A stretch of 55,909 nucleotides of DNA, filler included, from Platydemus manokwari (Eukaryota): the NCBI GenBank assembly GCA_037951405.1. It is 5 parts of 5 records of this genome, joined end to end, with 100 filler letters (N's around TTAATTAATTAA, not from the genome) between each part and the next. Parts side by side here need not be neighbours in the genome. Positions count along the whole stretch, not along the records: positions 44,058 to 55,909 come from JBBMOY010431110.1; 4 more parts are not named here. One strand, given 5' to 3'. The translations under genes and the position numbers were made by a program. Under the pieces are notes generated by a model. It worked only from the letters and a program-made list of their open reading frames with translations, had not been told where the DNA came from and did not search any database. Shown piece after piece: positions 51,850 to 55,909 of this stretch (its first letter is position 1; the number at the start of each line of letters is the position of its first letter).

Positions 51850-54148
51850 CTAATAACATCATTAATAATATTAATTTATCACAATTATTGATACCATCAT
51901 TATTTTGCTTATTTTTTCATATTTATCCAAACTAAATCAAATAATGAGCTTTGTTGATTATTTATTTATGGATTTTATTAATTGATTTATATATTTATTT
52001 TTAAATTCAAAATAATAATTCATGATCAATCTGTTGATAGCGATATATGTATTAATTTCTCATTATCTATGAAAGAATCCATGAAAATTCAAATTAGAAT
52101 CCACTAAAACATATTCACGCAATTCAAATATCGTCGCGGTTTTTTTAATTGACTTCAAACGTGCTCAATTAGTTGCGATATCTATCAGTAAAAAACTGAA
52201 AATTACTTCTAAATTGACATTCTAAATTAGTTATTTAGATTTGTCAAAAAAGATTTATTGATTTTTTAATTATTTTTACATTTAATTATTATTAAATATA
52301 TATATATATGTATGTATTATTTATTTATTAAGATAATTAAAGGGTTATTAATGGTTTCATTTACTAATCCTAAGTGACAACGTGATGGTTCATTAAATAT
52401 GTTATTTGAGTGATTAACTACTTATAATTTTGATAGTCATGTGGCAATGAGCTTCATAAACAACGCTGACACGTCTGAATATTCAAAAATAAACTAACTT
52501 CTTGTAATTTAATTTCAATTATAATTTTAAACATTTTAAAATTATTTTCCGTCGTAGATAATTATGTACTTGCTGTGAACCAAACTGATCTCAGCAAAGG
52601 TCACTTGTCTAATTATTTTACATTTAAATTTACAAATTGGCTATAGAAAACTATCACGAACGACTTTGATGATAATATTCGAAGAATCTCTAGAAAATGA
52701 GGCTTCCCTTGTGCTGCACTCTCGAAGAGCAAACTTTACCTCACCCAATGCTTCACATTACTAAAAATAATACTGTTTAAATTTAGATGAGTCATTGATC
52801 TACATAAAATTAAGAATGCTATTTTAATGGACATATTACTATCTTATCTTTTTTAAATTGAGGAAAATTCCAACGCCCATATTTAAAATCACTAAGATTC
52901 TGTTATAAGAAAATTGACTTAAAGGAATAAAAAAATTATTTTATTAACGGCTTAAAATCTATTTTGAGATATCCAAACGAATATGGGGTGTATTATGAAG
53001 TAAAATTTTTATTAGAACTGTTTCAGCTGTTTCATTATCAAACTAGTATTTGTATGATTATGAAATCATTATAATTCCATTTTAATATTCTATATTAACT
53101 CAAGCAGGCAAATAAGAAAGATAACAATCATAACTGGAATTGATTATTGTAATCCGAATATTCATTCACAATCTACTTTTCTAAAGTTTTATTTCATGGT
53201 AAATTGAAGTTTCCACTGACTTGTGACTGTTCAATGATTGGTAAACATGTCCCATTAATTTTGAAAGCGGTTTAAAATCATTTATCGTCATCAAAACATT
53301 ATTTTTAAACAATATTTATATTTGTCATTGCATTGGTGAATTATACGCAATCATAAACACAAAAACATTGTACCGCCATTATATCCGTTATAAACATCTT
53401 TTACTTTATTAAAACAAACACTTGAATATCTTTGTGTCAAGATAAACGGTTTTGATATAATTTAGAAATAAACATTACATTTTTTTATTTAAAAGTAGTT
53501 CAGGGTTGTTATAAATATACCCAGTATATGTCGTCCTTGCATAATTATAATTAAAATATTAATCCCTTTATTTTATGATGGCGGACGAAAATATTTATTT
53601 TTTAACTGATACAAGTAACGATTTATTTTTATGTCGATTGGTATTTTTAAATATTTATTTAATGAATGTCGATTTTGTTACAAATATATCTTTGCGATTT
53701 TCATTTGGTTTGGTTTAAAATTTCACAAAAATATCTTTATGATGGCCAACAGTCGCTGTATCCAATTCCATATTGACAAAATTCAGTCGTCCATAAATGG
53801 ATGCTAAAATCCCTACTTCAACTTGAATCTGTTAAGCAACAAAAAACAAATAAATTCAGTAAATAAAACATCATAATTAAATAAGTGTGGCCACACTAAG
53901 TAATAATCTTTTTGAAATAAGTTATCGTGAGTGAGATTCAAAATCATGTCTGGTACTGATGAATGTGATATGAATAGATTAAAAACCATATTTATTGGTT
54001 AACTACCCGTATTTAAATCAGTAAATACTAATCACTCTTAAAATTTTAATAAATTGCTTATTATATTATTACTTTTCTCCATTAACTCATCTACCTTAAA
54101 TTATCTAAAAATACGAACACAAGTGAACAGTTCTCGATATTTTTCCAG

Positions 54149-54440
54149 TGCAAAATACAAGGATTCATACAATAGCTATGACCAGGTCAATAAAGTTAAA
54201 CGTCAAAGCATGCTCGGGCAGTATGCTATCGATCCTGTGACGAACGCACCTTTGAATCCTACTGGTAGAACTGGTCTCAAAGGAAGAGGTCTTCTTCCAC
54301 ACTGGGGTCCAAATCATACCATAATTATGCTATTTACCAGATGGTTCAGGACTGAAAATGGCAGTCCTATTATTCAAAAGAATAAGAAGGTGATGCAATA
54401 CATTGGCTTAGAACGAGTCAATCGATTTGGAATACCATGG
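54149..54440 (+). CDS. TRPM: TRPM channel NUDT9H domain - core exon
   Basis: tccAG|T GCA..CCA TGG|GTtgac, phase 2/0. YNSYD..KRQSMLGQY..PLNPTGRTGLKGRGLLPHWGPNH..FTRW is the NUDT9/TRPM2 signature P.NP.GRTGL.GRGLLG.WGPNH. Confidence 0.95.
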
Positions 54441-54526
54441 GTTGACTTAATTTTTTTAATTATGATAAATAAATCGTATTTTTTAAATTAATCTTTACTT
54501 ATATTTTAATTTGTATAACATTTTTT

Positions 54527-54652
54527 AACTATTATTATTGTCATTATTATTATTGTTATTATTATCATTATTGTTGCTGTTAATATAATTATTATTACTA
54601 TTATTGTTATTATTGTTGTTATTATTACTATTATTGTTATTATTGTTATTAA
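54527..54652. repeat. Degenerate (TTA/TTG)n trinucleotide microsatellite in TRPM intron
   Basis: attattattgtcattattattattgttattattatc... over ~125 nt, including a duplicated 30-nt unit. Confidence 0.85.
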
Positions 54653-54692
54653 TATTCATCACAATTGATTATAATTAAAATGATTCTTCAAG

Positions 54693-54842
54693 TTTTTGGT
54701 TGACCACACACATGGCTGTGATATGAATGTGTGTTCTAATAAAACTACAATGGCATTCCTCGAACAGAGATTAGAAGCACAGTTTTCAAATCGAAAATTA
54801 CAATTTATTCGTAAGAAATTGCAGTCTGCGACTTGCACTCAG
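54693..54842 (+). CDS. TRPM: TRPM channel NUDT9H domain - exon spanning the degenerate Nudix box
   Basis: tcaAG|TTT..ACT CAG|GTtagc. 150 nt, phase 0/0. Translates FLVDHTHGCDMNVCSNKTTMAFLEQRLEAQFSNRKLQFIRKKLQSATCTQ. Confidence 0.88.
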
Positions 54843-55693
54843 GTTAGCAAATCATCTCATTTGTGTTTGTAATAATAAATGGGAGCGAATCATTTGTTGC
54901 TTATCTTAATAAATATATTATAATTAGAATAAAATATCAATAATTATTGATTTACTTAATTAAAACGAATAGATATACATTTTCCTGTGGGATATTTTTA
55001 TATTGTCTTTATCAATATATTTCCTTTGTAGAAAAATCTTTTATTGATAGAAATTTGTCTTCTGTGACACATTGTTTGTAAACATGATAATAAATTTATC
55101 GAAAACTATTTGAAATGAAGACAGGAATTTATTATTTTTAATGATCTGACATTTTCATTGGACATTTTATTGGAATTTATCAATAATATTTGTGGTGCTA
55201 AATGCCAGTTAAATGTGTTGTTTTAATTTTCATTTTATTTTTAAATCCACTCCCCGTGTGAGGTCACTGACAAAGATTCGATTATTGTAAATTTTAATGA
55301 GCTTTTTTTCTCAAATCAATTTTCAATGGATTACAATTTGATTATCTTATCTGTGCTTTACAATATCGAATTAAGAGTTTTTCCAATGACAGTAAGTAGT
55401 GAAATATTTGATATGTCCGTGACTGCATAGATGAATTAATACAAACTATAGTAGCTTAAAACACTTTCATTAATTCACCTTGATCTGTGATACTTTTAAT
55501 TAAAATATGAGATATTAAAATATATTTGTAAAAAGAATATTTATAAAATGTCATATTTGTAATTTTCGATAAGAACAAGATGGGGAAAATTTTCTCGATA
55601 ACTATTTAACGGCATTTGCAAAAAAATATAAACATGGTTCATATAGTTCGCGGTGATGTTTTTATTATTAATGTTTTTTTTGTCTATATTTAG

Positions 55694-55807
55694 ATTTTTA
55701 AAGGCTTCCTTGATGATCATTTGAATGCTGATAACGCTTGGATAGAAACATTTGTTATCAATTTCCATGAATCAGAAAATAGCTTATTTACAGATGATTT
55801 CTTAAAA
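55694..55807 (+). CDS. TRPM: TRPM channel NUDT9H domain - exon
   Basis: tttAG|ATT..TTA AAA|GTttga. 114 nt, phase 0/0. IFKGFLDDHLNADNAWIETFVINFHE matches the NUDT9 motif IYKGYVDDPRNTDNAWMET..N.HD. Confidence 0.93.
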
Positions 55808-55909
55808 GTTTGATTTTAGTTCATTTTAATGTCATTTATAATACCGATTATTGTTTTATTGATAGCATCTTTTAATAGTTATTCTTATGATTACCGCTAA
55901 GATGAAGAC

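Noticed and set aside
52665-52760. TGATGA followed by a GC-richer patch in a TRPM intron (C/D snoRNA?)
   Set aside because: No CTGA D box or terminal stem at a suitable distance.
55861-55909. Possible next TRPM exon at the window end
   Set aside because: Several AGs but none gives a recognisable NUDT9H continuation, and the sequence is truncated.

Overview
AT-rich eukaryotic (animal) genomic DNA, most consistent with a free-living flatworm (planarian/triclad; inferred from the TRPM sequence, base composition and TE content). The window is not one locus: five contig pieces are joined by four identical artificial 100-nt spacers (44 N + TTAATTAATTAA + 44 N), so no synteny should be read across them. 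Piece 1 (1-13249) is a TE graveyard. It holds locally duplicated virus/Maverick-like coding debris including a 23-aa 'tryptophan-repeat' relic, a decayed Ty3/Gypsy pol, a Gag relic with CCHC knuckles and a 5'-truncated RLE-type (NeSL/R2-like) non-LTR retrotransposon. Piece 2 (13350-24709) has the last three exons of cytosolic glycerol-3-phosphate dehydrogenase GPD1 (- strand). Piece 3 (24810-34508) has an unidentified interrupted ~1-kb reading frame, a probable solo LTR and a Maverick/Polinton fragment (protein-primed PolB plus a convergent LamG-like ORF). Piece 4 (34609-43957) has three internal exons of macoilin (- strand) and a decayed mariner. Piece 5 (44058-55909) has six phase-compatible exons of the C-terminus of a TRPM channel with a NUDT9-homology domain, resembling the flatworm TRPM_PZQ/TRPM_MCLZ clade, with a degenerate Nudix box. 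Its introns carry a pogo/Tigger element, a hAT MITE and a dispersed repeat. I found no CRISPR array, rRNA or tRNA, and no convincing wholly new functional system. The best leads are the virus-like relics, the TRPM channel and an unusual GTT splice-donor bias.
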